Assembly (NCBI GenBank): GCA_965263355.1
Contig: CBDHHL010000026.1
Location: 18,364 to 82,363 of the forward strand
DNA from: Leptolyngbyaceae cyanobacterium
GTDB lineage: Bacteria > Cyanobacteriota > Cyanobacteriia > Phormidesmidales > Phormidesmidaceae
Reading direction: 5' to 3'
DNA length: 64,000 nucleotides
The notes under the pieces are model-generated. The model had not been told where the DNA came from, searched no databases, and saw only the letters and a program-made list of their open reading frames with translations. Made by a program: the position numbers and the translations under genes. Below are positions 18,791 to 28,240 of this stretch, one piece after another; the first letter of the stretch is position 1; every line of letters starts with the position of its first letter.

Positions 18791-18863
18791 GAAGAATATC
18801 GTAACTTCAAGCACATCTTAGCATCATATGCATCAAGTACTGCATGTATTAATCAAAGTGACC

Positions 18864-19016
18864 CATCGTAATTATATTCATTACAATCCAGTCCGCCATG
18901 GATTGTGCGAGAGTCCGCAGGAGTGGCAATCTTTCAGTGTGATCGGTTCGTTGCAGAGGGTATTTGTCCATCTAACTAGTGTCAAGAGGAGAGTCCTGAA
19001 ATCTCTCATGGATTGA
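18864..19016 (+). pseudogene. C-terminal remnant of a REP-associated tyrosine transposase (RAYT)
   Basis: NYIHYNPVRHGLCESPQEWQ motif; a REP-like palindrome follows at 19051-19079. Confidence 0.75.
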
Positions 19017-19050
19017 TGGGAAATAGCTTTGGAGATGACTTAGAAATGCT

Positions 19051-19079
19051 GTAAGCGGTGCGTTGTGAACACACCCTAC
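19051..19079. repeat. REP-like palindrome
   Basis: GTAAGCGGTGCGTT-GTG-AACACACCCTAC. Confidence 0.6.
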
Positions 19080-19470
19080 CTGGCTAAGCAAGAACTGGGC
19101 ATCGACACCCATGTAGACTCGGTATTGAGCAAAGCCAAGGTAATTGTAGTAAGGCTGTTGGGGGGACGCAGCTACTAGAGCTATGGTTTAGAGCGTCTGC
19201 GGGAAAGCGCAAAATTTTACGGCATTAGCTTGGTGGTTTTACCAGGTGATGATCGCCCTGATCCGGCCCTCAGTAGTTTGGGTACAGTGCCCCTGACAGT
19301 GGTGGATAAACTCTGGCACTACTTTGTGGAAGGTGGTGCGGAAAACCTGGCTTACGGACTGCAATATCTAGCTCAAACCTGTTTGGATTATTCCTATGAG
19401 GTGTCTGAGCCGCAGGCTGTGCCGCAGGCTGTGCCGCAGTGGGGGGAGTATGGATGGGAGAGAGGGAGAG
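19080..19470 (+). pseudogene. cobN: Cobaltochelatase CobN N-terminal fragment
   Basis: VIVVRLLGGRSY*SYGLE...LPGDDRPDP...YFVEGGAEN; in-frame TAG at 19176; cut off at the IS4 left end. Confidence 0.85.
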
Positions 19471-20862
19471 CTGACAAGGGTAGATTTTTTAATTATTCTA
19501 GAGTCAGCGTCTTAAGATTAAAGCATTCCAACGGTGCCTCTTAGTGTCGTATCATGCCTCATCGCCCCCAGACTTACAAAGATTGGCTTCGAGTGGTGAC
19601 TCGCAAACTGCCTCATTTGTCAAAACCTCAAGCCGTAGTACTGAGCATGTGGAGTTTTGGCATTGCGATTACTCAATGTAGTGGGTTCTCGACAGTGTCA
19701 GCGTTTTTGGTAGAACTGTTTGAACAGCCGGAAAATACGGTGAGACAACGCTTGCGGGAATGGTATAAGAATTGTAGTGAGAAACGGGGACTTAAGCGGT
19801 CTGAGCTTGATGTTAGCGCTAGTTTTGTGCCCCTATTAAACTGGATTCTCAGCTGGTGACCGACAGGCGATAAACAGTTAGTCTTGGAGGCGGATGCGTC
19901 CACTCTGGGAGACCGTTTCACTGTGTTGTTGATAGCCGTTGTCTATCGAGGATGTGGCCTTCCGGTAGCCTGGAAAATTGTTGAAGCCACGGCTAAAGGG
20001 AGTTGGAAACCGCACTGGCTTCAAGCTATTCGCCCAGCTTGAAGCCGGTATACCAGCGGACTGGTTTGTCATGGTCACCACCGACCGAGGGTTATATGCT
20101 AAGTGATTCTATGAGGCGATTCAAGCATTGCACTGGCATCCGTTTATGCGCATTAATCACCAAGGTCACTACCAAGTGACGCCGTCATACACGTTTGCCC
20201 CACTTAAAGCGGTGATCACTCAGGTGGGTCAGTCGTGGTCAGGAACGACGACATGTTTCAAGACCAATCCCTTGGAATGTACGCTGTTAGCCCGTTGGGA
20301 TGAGGAATACCAGGATCCATGGCTGATTGTGACCGATCTCGACCCCGACCAAGCAAATATCCTCTGGTACGGTCTGCGCAGTTGGATTGAAGGCTTATTC
20401 AAAGATATCAAGCGAGGCGGTTTCAAGTCGCACCTAACCCGGATGCGTGCCCCACAACGTGTCGAACGACTATGGTTAGCCATCACGGTGGCGATGATTT
20501 GGTTAGTGAGTGTGGGTGGCCAGGCTAATGCCCAGTTAAGTTTTAGCAGCTTAGGGGCTTTGAGAACACCCCAGAATACGTCTGAAACTGATTCTCATCA
20601 GGCTTCTAAGGCGAATAAGGAGACTTTGGCAGAGCAAGCTTCGTTAGAGTGTCAAGGCTCTTCTCCGTCTACAGGAAACACTCAACCCGCCACGCATCCT
20701 CGTCATCTTAGTTGTTTCCGATGCGGCTTTTTAGTGCTATTAGCGACGATCTTTAAGGGAGACTCATTGCCGATTGGCCAATTTTTCCCAGATTTTTCAG
20801 TCGGGCCAAAACCCATACCTATCTTTAACTCTGGATGAATCTTAAAAAACTACCCTTGTAAG
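19471..20862 (+). mobile_element. IS4-family-like insertion sequence, inactive
   Basis: TIRs CTGACAAGGGTAGATTTTTTAA (19471) and TTAAAAAACTACCCTTGTAAG (ending 20862); no target duplication. Confidence 0.85.
19554..20838 (+). pseudogene. IS4-like DDE transposase pseudogene
   Basis: LEADASTLGDRF, TDRGLYA and PWLIVTDL...YGLRSWIEGLFKDIKRGG (YREK-like); stops at 19857 and 20104 plus a frameshift near 20020. Confidence 0.85.
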
Positions 20863-20961
20863 CCCAACAAAATAACTGCAATCCCAGTGAAGCAAAGAGA
20901 CAACCGACGTTGAAACATCCTAGGCATGTTTCTAAATAGACTGCAGCCGTGCGCCATAATT

Positions 20962-20982
20962 TAAGAATGATTATTATTTTCA
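20962..20982. promoter_or_regulatory. Zur/Fur-type box
   Basis: TGATTATTATTTTCA (20968-20982) is a 2-mismatch match to TGATAATNATTATCA; overlapping TAAGAATGATTATTA. Confidence 0.6.
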
Positions 20983-21101
20983 TAAACTGCTATGCCAAAA
21001 GGCCAATCCCTATCTGTCAACAGACTTTCTTTGAGCTGGGGAAACGAATTTGTCTGGACAGGGTAGTATAGTAGGGGCAAGACGATGCGATCGCAAATCC
21101 T

Positions 21102-21323
21102 ATGCTTAACCAGCGCAATATACTAACGGCCCTCGGCTGCTCCGGCTCATTAGCTCTGGCCCTATCAATTGCTCAGCCAGCTATGGCCAGCCAGTCTGAG
21201 AATCACACAGCTGAAGACAATGGCATCACTAATCTGGTGCAAGCAGACTCCAATCCCATTACAGATGCGCTGGGATGCAGTTGTGCTCGTTGTTTATTAG
21301 GACAGCAACAGACCTCTATATAG
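21102..21323 (+). CDS. Small secreted protein with a C-terminal GCSCARC (CxCxxC) motif
   Basis: Signal peptide ending PAMA; about 43-aa mature peptide ending ...DALGCSCARCLLGQQQTSI. Confidence 0.75.
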   Translation: MLNQRNILTALGCSGSLALALSIAQPAMASQSENHTAEDNGITNLVQADSNPITDALGCSCARCLLGQQQTSI

Positions 21324-22881
21324 GCACCCCACTGGATGCCAGGGTCAACCCAAATAAACCCAGCCCCAGCAATAGTATACAGCTTGCCCCTAAAATTCTT
21401 ACCCACTGGGTGAGCCATTGTCGTCTTTTTCCTAGACGACGATCAGTATACTGTCGTCCCATAATGGCCATCGCCCCAATCCAAGCCAGAGTGAGCGCCA
21501 TTCCTGCAGAAATAGCCAACACCATGGCTACACTCGGCCACAACAGATTATTCGCCAAACCATAGAGCAAAACCAACAGGGCACCACTGCAGGGAACTGC
21601 ACCAATGGCTAGAGATAACCATCCCCCGCCTTCACGAACATCGCAGGTTAAGCAATTGCATAGCTGCTCAGCTCGCGGCTTGGGGCCTAAAACATGTTGG
21701 GTAAGGTTGGGCGATAAAACAAGCTCAGAAGCAACAGCATTATGGTGAGACTTTTTGGTCGCGTTTAGAGCTTGCCAGAGTAGCCAGGCTCCAATGGTTG
21801 CGATCGCGCCATAACTAAACAACTGCACTATCCGATAATTATCAGGCGTACCGCCCCCTGCCTGACGCACTACGGTATCTGTGAGCACTACCACGGCAAC
21901 AGCCGACAGCACATGGAAAATGGCAATACGCACTCCCATAATCAGCCCCCGACGTAAACTGCCACCTTTCCCTATAAAGTAGGAAATAATCACTGCTTTG
22001 CCATGCCCCGGTCCCAAGGTATGAAGCACACCATAACTAAATGCCATTAGCAGGCCCAACAGAAAAGCCCCCGTAGAACGCTGGCTATGCAAATTGTCCA
22101 TTGCTTGGGTCAAAACTGCTGAAACTCTAATCGGCAATGTTTTCCAAATCGGGCCAGGGGGTATAGACAAGGCGAATTTCCCAGATTCTGACTGATTGAA
22201 CACGATATCCGTAGGGATGAGCACATAACTCACGTCCACTGAGCGTGAGCCATCTACACGAAACAAGTTATAGCTGGCTGATTGTTGCTGCAACTGACCG
22301 GTCACTGAAACCGACGCAAATAAGCCAGGATCCTCGATAGCAACGGCTGGTTCCACATAGATAATTTGATTGGGTGGCGGTGGCGGCACATGAATGCAAG
22401 CACCCACATAGGGAACCAACAAAAATTCAGTGATCCGTTGTTCTTGGTCCCAAGTCAATGGCAAAACATACCCCGAAAGATTAATCGGCTGTTCTTCCAA
22501 GTGAGGATTCGTAGACTGAGATTGTTCTAGCCAATAGGCTTGAGCCTGATCAACCTGAGTAAGAAGCCGATCAACATCTAACCCTTGAGCCTCAAGCTGA
22601 CGCCGCAGCCGCTGCACTTCCTTAACCTCAAAAGCCTCAGCATCAAACTGATTTTGCTCAACCCACAGTCGCAAGCGGATCAACATAGATAAATCATAGG
22701 CTTGCTCAGTAGACAGATGCTCATAGGGATTCTGTAACGTGGTGGTCTGGGGCTGTAGGTCCTCCCACGTAATCGCCTGCTGTGCAGCCAATGGTTCAGC
22801 ACTGGCAAGCGCCAGATACGCTCCTACTAAAAATCCTAGGGCGTAGCGCCACCAGTCTCGACAACAAACTGAGTCACACAT
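21316..22881 (-). CDS. DUF3299 domain fused to an RcnA/NicO-type Ni/Co transporter
   Basis: ITWEDL and EFLLVPYVGACIHVPPPPPNQII (DUF3299); YGVLHTLGPGHGKAVI and GAVPCSGALLVL (RcnA/NicO). Confidence 0.85.
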   Translation of the reverse strand: MCDSVCCRDWWRYALGFLVGAYLALASAEPLAAQQAITWEDLQPQTTTLQNPYEHLSTEQAYDLSMLIRLRLWVEQNQFDAEAFEVKEVQRLRRQLEAQGLDVDRLLTQVDQAQAYWLEQSQSTNPHLEEQPINLSGYVLPLTWDQEQRITEFLLVPYVGACIHVPPPPPNQIIYVEPAVAIEDPGLFASVSVTGQLQQQSASYNLFRVDGSRSVDVSYVLIPTDIVFNQSESGKFALSIPPGPIWKTLPIRVSAVLTQAMDNLHSQRSTGAFLLGLLMAFSYGVLHTLGPGHGKAVIISYFIGKGGSLRRGLIMGVRIAIFHVLSAVAVVVLTDTVVRQAGGGTPDNYRIVQLFSYGAIATIGAWLLWQALNATKKSHHNAVASELVLSPNLTQHVLGPKPRAEQLCNCLTCDVREGGGWLSLAIGAVPCSGALLVLLYGLANNLLWPSVAMVLAISAGMALTLAWIGAMAIMGRQYTDRRLGKRRQWLTQWVRILGASCILLLGLGLFGLTLASSGVPI

Positions 22882-22942
22882 AGAACAGGTCCATGACTAA
22901 AGCAGTCAGATAAATCTGCCCTCAGTATATTAACTACCGACT

Positions 22943-23026
22943 TAAACCACGTCCAAGTTGAAATCTGTAGGTTCTTTGGTTCTTTATTGGAAAAACGACC
23001 GTTCCAGACATGGATAAGGTTGATAC
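22943..23026 (-). repeat. Dispersed ~75-85-bp repeat, copy A
   Basis: Reverse complement aligns with 37787-37861, 39171-39243 and 43985-44052. Confidence 0.8.
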
Positions 23027-23061
23027 GGAAAAACTGTAGCTGTGTGGCAAGCCATCAACAC

Positions 23062-23098
23062 AAAAGAAAAAAAGCTCCTGGCATTATGTCAGGAGCCT
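23062..23098 (-). terminator. Rho-independent terminator with no upstream minus-strand ORF
   Basis: GCTCCTGACA-TAA-TGCCAGGAGC-TTTTTTT on the minus strand. Confidence 0.7.
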
Positions 23099-23365
23099 GT
23101 GCACTGTGCGAATCGAACACTGGATTTAACTAAGCCTTGTAGCAAAACCGCGATCTGAAAGTACGTTCTTTTGCTGGACTTGATAACAGTATGCCAACAT
23201 CCCAAGGTTGAGCGTTTCCATCCAGGGAAACATAGCCAGTATTTTTTGCCAATATTGGAAACCCATAGTCTGTCGGATCACCAATAACTACTTACCATCA
23301 AAAGGTAGTGAACAACGTGCCAGTAACAGATTTCTGTCCACTCCATTGCAATTTTTCCCTAAACT

Positions 23366-24016
23366 TTGTCACCATCAGAAAAGGCATGGAGGAAATCGGT
23401 GACTAACTCTGTTCGCAGTAGTTTAATAGTGATCTTAATAGCACCGTTCTTAGGCGGGCTACTGGTATTACCTGGTACAGCTCAAACTATCCCCCCATCA
23501 TCCCCTTCAGAGAATGGACCTAGTGTAATCCCCCCACCACCAACATCTTTACGTTTAGAGGGTGACCCAATCCCAGCCAAACTGCCTGCTTCAGAGCTTA
23601 GAAAATGGCCACCGCCTGCCGTTGAGCAGCCCGTAGAATTAGTCTTGCAGCTCAACGAACGGCAACTTTATGTTTATCGAGGCGATGCTTTAGTAACGAC
23701 GTTTCCTGTGGCCATTGGCAAAACGGGTTGGGAAACCCCCACAGGTAATTTTGAAGTCTCTTACATGCTAGAAAATCCAGGCTGGACCAACCCATTCACC
23801 GGAGAACTGATGCCGCCAGGCCCTGAAAATCCTCTGGGAGAACGCTGGATTGCCTTTTGGACCGATGGTCGCAATGAAATTGGGTTTCATGGCACGCCTA
23901 ATCGTCATTCCATTGGTCAAGCAGTGTCCCACGGATGTGTCCGTCTCTATAACGAACACATCCGCGAACTGTATGAGCTAGTTACTCCTGGAACAGGGGT
24001 GACCGTGCTGCCCTGA
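23366..24016 (+). CDS. L,D-transpeptidase (YkuD family)
   Basis: FPVAIGK..WETPTG, NPLGERWI, IGFHGT, SHGCVRL. Confidence 0.92.
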   Translation: MSPSEKAWRKSVTNSVRSSLIVILIAPFLGGLLVLPGTAQTIPPSSPSENGPSVIPPPPTSLRLEGDPIPAKLPASELRKWPPPAVEQPVELVLQLNERQLYVYRGDALVTTFPVAIGKTGWETPTGNFEVSYMLENPGWTNPFTGELMPPGPENPLGERWIAFWTDGRNEIGFHGTPNRHSIGQAVSHGCVRLYNEHIRELYELVTPGTGVTVLP

Positions 24017-24040
24017 GAAGTGAGAAGGGCTCAGAAAACA

Positions 24041-24559
24041 TTACCAAAGTCCCCTGGGGCTGTTATTGACAGGAGCACCACCATTACTCGGAGCATCAGT
24101 AGCCGGCTCTGATGCATCAGTCACTGGTGCAGTCTCAACAGTTGATTCCTCAACCGTGTTATCCGTTGACGATTCTGGAGTAGCGGATTCTGGTAATCCT
24201 GTTGATGCTGGATTGTCGGGTGACTGCTCTAGAGGTGCATCCGGGATATCTGTAATATCTCCCGATGTCTCTGGAACTGCTGATTCTTCTGGCAATTCTG
24301 TTGATGTTGGCTCAACTGACTCAGGCAAATTATCAATTGGCTCAACTGACTCAGGCACAACATCAGCTGGTTCTGGCTCTAGCTCAGGATTAGGGGTGGG
24401 GTCGGGTGCGCCTTCAAACTCTCCACCATCAGCAGGGGGAGTGGGGGTGGGGATGTCCTGGGCATAGGCGGGAGATAAGTGCCCCACTGCTAAACCGACC
24501 GTTGATACAATGGCTAACAATAGGCGAACCTTAGCAAATCGAATTGAAGAAGTAGCCAT
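24041..24559 (-). CDS. Secreted Pro/Glu/Ser-rich low-complexity protein
   Basis: Signal peptide AYA-Q, acidic repeats, ends PRGLW. Confidence 0.7.
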   Translation of the reverse strand: MATSSIRFAKVRLLLAIVSTVGLAVGHLSPAYAQDIPTPTPPADGGEFEGAPDPTPNPELEPEPADVVPESVEPIDNLPESVEPTSTELPEESAVPETSGDITDIPDAPLEQSPDNPASTGLPESATPESSTDNTVEESTVETAPVTDASEPATDAPSNGGAPVNNSPRGLW

Positions 24560-24586
24560 AGTGCAGCTCCTGAAAAAACAAAATCG

Positions 24587-25642
24587 TCAAGATTTGGGTA
24601 AATCGATGGGATTGAGGTCACAAGTCAACTCACCATCCACCAAACGTCCCTGTTGCCATATGCCTGATTTTGAGGTGCCGTCAGCAAACGTGTATACGCC
24701 CTCGCCGTTACATTTATTAAACTCAAAATCACCGATATAGCGATCGCTATTTTCTAGCATCCACACCCCCCGCCCACTAAATAGATCATTTTGAAACTCG
24801 CCCACATAGCGACGACCATTGTTAAAGGTAAAGGTGCCACAGCCATTGCGCTGGCCATTACGATAGTCACCATCGTAGCGATTACCATTGGAGTAAAGCA
24901 TACTACCACGACCATCTGCCGGTTTACCCTCCTTAAACGGACCATAAAATCGAGTGCCGTTTTGATAAACATGATCGGGGACTTGAGCAGTGATGGGCGT
25001 GACATCAGGCTCATCGCACAATGGCTGAATGGTAATCGTGCCATCAGGGGTGACAAACTTAGGTGACTTAGGGCGTAAGGCCAGGTAGAGGGCAGTAGTA
25101 GATAGAGCAATTGCTCCTACTATGATGGCCAATTGCGGCACAGTAGCCAATTTTGGCTCAGAAGTAGGCATTGCCTCCGGCTGTACTTGGGCAACAGGAC
25201 TCTCTTGAGACCACTTAGCCGTAATCGATTGCGGTAAATCAGACATTACAGCAGACCAGCCATCCAAACATGTGCCAGCTAAACAAGCATTGGTAAAGTT
25301 AGTATTGGCGATAATCGCATCTGACAAGTTTGCCTGGGCCAGATTAGCCTCAATAAAGTTACCGTCCTGTAAATTCGCTGTGGCCAAGCTTGCCCTTTGT
25401 AAGTTCGCATTGTTGGCATAAATACCACTCAGGTTCGCCTCAGTTAAGTCAGCACCCTCTAGATTTGCCCCAATTAAACAAGCCCGACTGAGATTTGCCT
25501 TACGCAGATTAATTCCCTGGAGGGGCTTTTCAAATAAATAGGCCGATTCTAGGTCAGGACATTCATCAGGATGCTCAGAGCGCCAACGATTCCAAGCAGC
25601 TACACCCTGATCAATGAGTTCTAGATAATCTATCGTTATCAT
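24587..25642 (-). CDS. Pentapeptide-repeat + TM + MORN-repeat protein
   Basis: GVAAWNRWR followed by A(N/D)Lxx repeats; YxGxF..G..G MORN repeats. Confidence 0.88.
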   Translation of the reverse strand: MITIDYLELIDQGVAAWNRWRSEHPDECPDLESAYLFEKPLQGINLRKANLSRACLIGANLEGADLTEANLSGIYANNANLQRASLATANLQDGNFIEANLAQANLSDAIIANTNFTNACLAGTCLDGWSAVMSDLPQSITAKWSQESPVAQVQPEAMPTSEPKLATVPQLAIIVGAIALSTTALYLALRPKSPKFVTPDGTITIQPLCDEPDVTPITAQVPDHVYQNGTRFYGPFKEGKPADGRGSMLYSNGNRYDGDYRNGQRNGCGTFTFNNGRRYVGEFQNDLFSGRGVWMLENSDRYIGDFEFNKCNGEGVYTFADGTSKSGIWQQGRLVDGELTCDLNPIDLPKS

Positions 25643-25899
25643 GCCAGCTTCAATGCACGGTTAAAAAAGTTCGAAACCAGAGGATCATATTCCTACAAAT
25701 ACCATTACTGTAAAAGTTCTCCATCCCTTGCAAGCCATAGAAGGACGCATGTGTAAACTGTCACATCAGCTATACAGTCTGTTCAAGTAATAAAAAACGC
25801 CGCTGCTACAGAGCTACGACGTTTGCTTAACTGAACATGCATCCACAGTCGTCTCTTGGATAGGCTATTGATCACATATCCGTCTCAGTACGTTGCCCC

Positions 25900-27390
25900 C
25901 TAGGCTTCCACCCAGACAGAGACAGAGCCGCCGTTACACTGAAATTCGGCCCAACCCCATTCATTAGTTGTAATTGGGGTATTGATATGCTCGGTCAAAT
26001 CATAAAACTGGGTGTTCGCCTTACCCACTTCCATCCATTTAGTGCCAGCAGCACCATCACTCATAATCACCGCCATTGCCTGCGGATGCTGCCCATCGCC
26101 GAGACGAGTCCAACCAATAGTATTGAAATGATCAAAGTAATCATATTGAGGGCCATAGGCAAAATGCTTACGGATATGCAAAAACTTATCGATCAGCCAG
26201 CGGTGGGAATGTAGCACGATAGAATACTTGTTACCATCTTTACCATAGTCTTCGTATTGAGCACCATAGTAGTCAGCATAGAAAACACAGGGGTATCCTT
26301 CTGCACGCAGCAAGATCAACGCGTAGGCTAACGGCTTAAACCAAGCCTCAACCGGTGCTTCCAGAGCCTGTAATGGCTGAGAGTCATGGTTTTCTACAAA
26401 CGTCACAGCATGGGTAGGACGGGTTTGCACCATGGTCCCATCCAAAATCTTTCTCATGTCGTAATTTCCACTGGCCTTGCTCGCGTAGTGGAAATTGTAG
26501 TGCAACGGCACGTCAAACACAGACATACGACCTTGAACAGTATCTACATACCACTGCAGAGTACCTAAATCGTTGTACCAGTACTCTCCGACCATAAACA
26601 GATCTTTTTGAGCATGATGCTCCAGAGCATCGATCCAGAGGGGAAAATACCAGGCAGAAATATGTTTAATAGCATCTAGCCGAAAACCATCCACACCAGT
26701 TTGGTCTAGATACCACTTTCCCCAGTTTTCAATTTCTTTTTGTACATCAACATTTTGGAAATCTACATCGGCCCCCATCAGATAGGCAAAATTACCTTTC
26801 TCTAATGCTACCCAGTCATCAAAAGCCTTACCTTCAAAGAGATACACCGTATTGTCTTCTTTGGTGTAATCATCGTAGTCCACGGCATCAAAGTGCCACC
26901 AGTGCCATTCAAAATCAGAATATTGCTTGCTCCCGTCTGGCAAACTCCGCCCTGGAAAGGTGAAGTGAGTATAGGCATTCACGTCCTTCTGCCAACCTTT
27001 TGGATTTAACCGATCATTTTGCCAAAAGGGTGTGGCTTTAACGACTTCTGTTTGGTTGCCTCCCATACGATGGTTGAGTACACCATCCGCATAAACTTGA
27101 ATACCACTCGATTGGAGGGTTTTGATAGCAGTTACATACTGCTCTCGGGTGCCGTATTTAGTCGGTTTTGAGCCACATTGGTCAAATTCGCCTAAATCAT
27201 ACATATCGTAGACGGCATATCCGACATCGTAGCCACCCCCCATCCCTTTATAAGCTGGGGGTAACCATATAGCAGTAAATCCCGCACCTGCTAGTTCCTT
27301 AGCAAGAGTATTGACTTGATTCCATAGGTTGCCATCACTTGGCACATACCAATGAAAATACTGCATCATCACACCGTTTAGTGCAGACAT
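25900..27390 (-). CDS. amyA: Alpha-amylase (GH13)
   Basis: NGVMMQYFHWY, DGVLNH, DGFRLDAIKH, GEYW, FVENHD. Confidence 0.95.
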   Translation of the reverse strand: MSALNGVMMQYFHWYVPSDGNLWNQVNTLAKELAGAGFTAIWLPPAYKGMGGGYDVGYAVYDMYDLGEFDQCGSKPTKYGTREQYVTAIKTLQSSGIQVYADGVLNHRMGGNQTEVVKATPFWQNDRLNPKGWQKDVNAYTHFTFPGRSLPDGSKQYSDFEWHWWHFDAVDYDDYTKEDNTVYLFEGKAFDDWVALEKGNFAYLMGADVDFQNVDVQKEIENWGKWYLDQTGVDGFRLDAIKHISAWYFPLWIDALEHHAQKDLFMVGEYWYNDLGTLQWYVDTVQGRMSVFDVPLHYNFHYASKASGNYDMRKILDGTMVQTRPTHAVTFVENHDSQPLQALEAPVEAWFKPLAYALILLRAEGYPCVFYADYYGAQYEDYGKDGNKYSIVLHSHRWLIDKFLHIRKHFAYGPQYDYFDHFNTIGWTRLGDGQHPQAMAVIMSDGAAGTKWMEVGKANTQFYDLTEHINTPITTNEWGWAEFQCNGGSVSVWVEA

Positions 27391-27554
27391 CTATGACAAC
27401 TCCTTCGAATAGCAGATGAGTAGACAAAAACTGAACTCAGGATTCAGTTAATCAATCGAGACCGTACTTAACAATGACATTAAGCACCCAAAACTGTAAG
27501 CATATCTGCAATTTAGGTAACCGATCTAACAGCCATCTGTCTCAAGAAGCAATA

Positions 27555-28145
27555 TCATACAACCACTTGAGCCATCACCGTCACTGCGATAATGTCAGGG
27601 AGTGTTGGCAGTGGTTCAAACTTCCAGCCCAGTCGAGCTTGATAATCATTCATCATTGTCAAAAATCCTAACCCTGACTGAGTGGATGTGTTGTCCTTAG
27701 CGCTAGCCTCTACTTGCTGTATGTAGAGTTCCTGGGGATCAGATCCTAAAAGTTCTTTGATAAAGGACTGGAATACCTCAGCTTGAGCTTTATCGACACT
27801 GTTAGTGGCAAATATTACGGCGACTAGTTCTGGATTCTCTAGAAAGTAAATGCCTAGTTTGACTTGATGAGAAGCTGCTTCTAAATTAAATTTCACGGCA
27901 TTCTCGATTAGCTCATTAGCAACATAGCTAATTGAGCCTTGGGCTTCCTTAATCCGCTGTTCCTCTTCAGGATTATTCTCATCCAAGGGTAAAAAGTTGA
28001 TAAAACAATTAGCTAAAAAGTGAGCTGATAAACGTTGATTTTTCCAGAGATTTTTGATGTCCTCCGATGAAGAGGTAAAACTAAGTTCTAAGGAATCTCG
28101 ATCAGGTGGAAGAATATCAATATAGTCACCAAAGATCTGATACAT
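27555..28145 (-). CDS. Slr1658-family HATPase-like regulator (anti-sigma kinase-like)
   Basis: ANELIENAVKF N-box and SGLGFLTM G-box. Confidence 0.75.
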   Translation of the reverse strand: MYQIFGDYIDILPPDRDSLELSFTSSSEDIKNLWKNQRLSAHFLANCFINFLPLDENNPEEEQRIKEAQGSISYVANELIENAVKFNLEAASHQVKLGIYFLENPELVAVIFATNSVDKAQAEVFQSFIKELLGSDPQELYIQQVEASAKDNTSTQSGLGFLTMMNDYQARLGWKFEPLPTLPDIIAVTVMAQVVV

Positions 28146-28240
28146 CCGATTTTCTCCTAGAACGTCGATTGTGTCATGGGCCGTCAGGGAAATCTTTGGC
28201 TAAATTTACGTCACAAGATTTTATAGGAAGTTGGACAAAA

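Noticed and set aside
19176..20106. Stop-codon reassignment (three stops at Trp positions in cobN and the transposase)
   Set aside because: TGG to TAG/TGA is a single transition, the transposase is also frameshifted, and intact genes here terminate with TAG and TGA
24066..24467. 133-aa Ser/Gly-rich plus-strand ORF
   Set aside because: Antisense to the signal-peptide-bearing low-complexity gene
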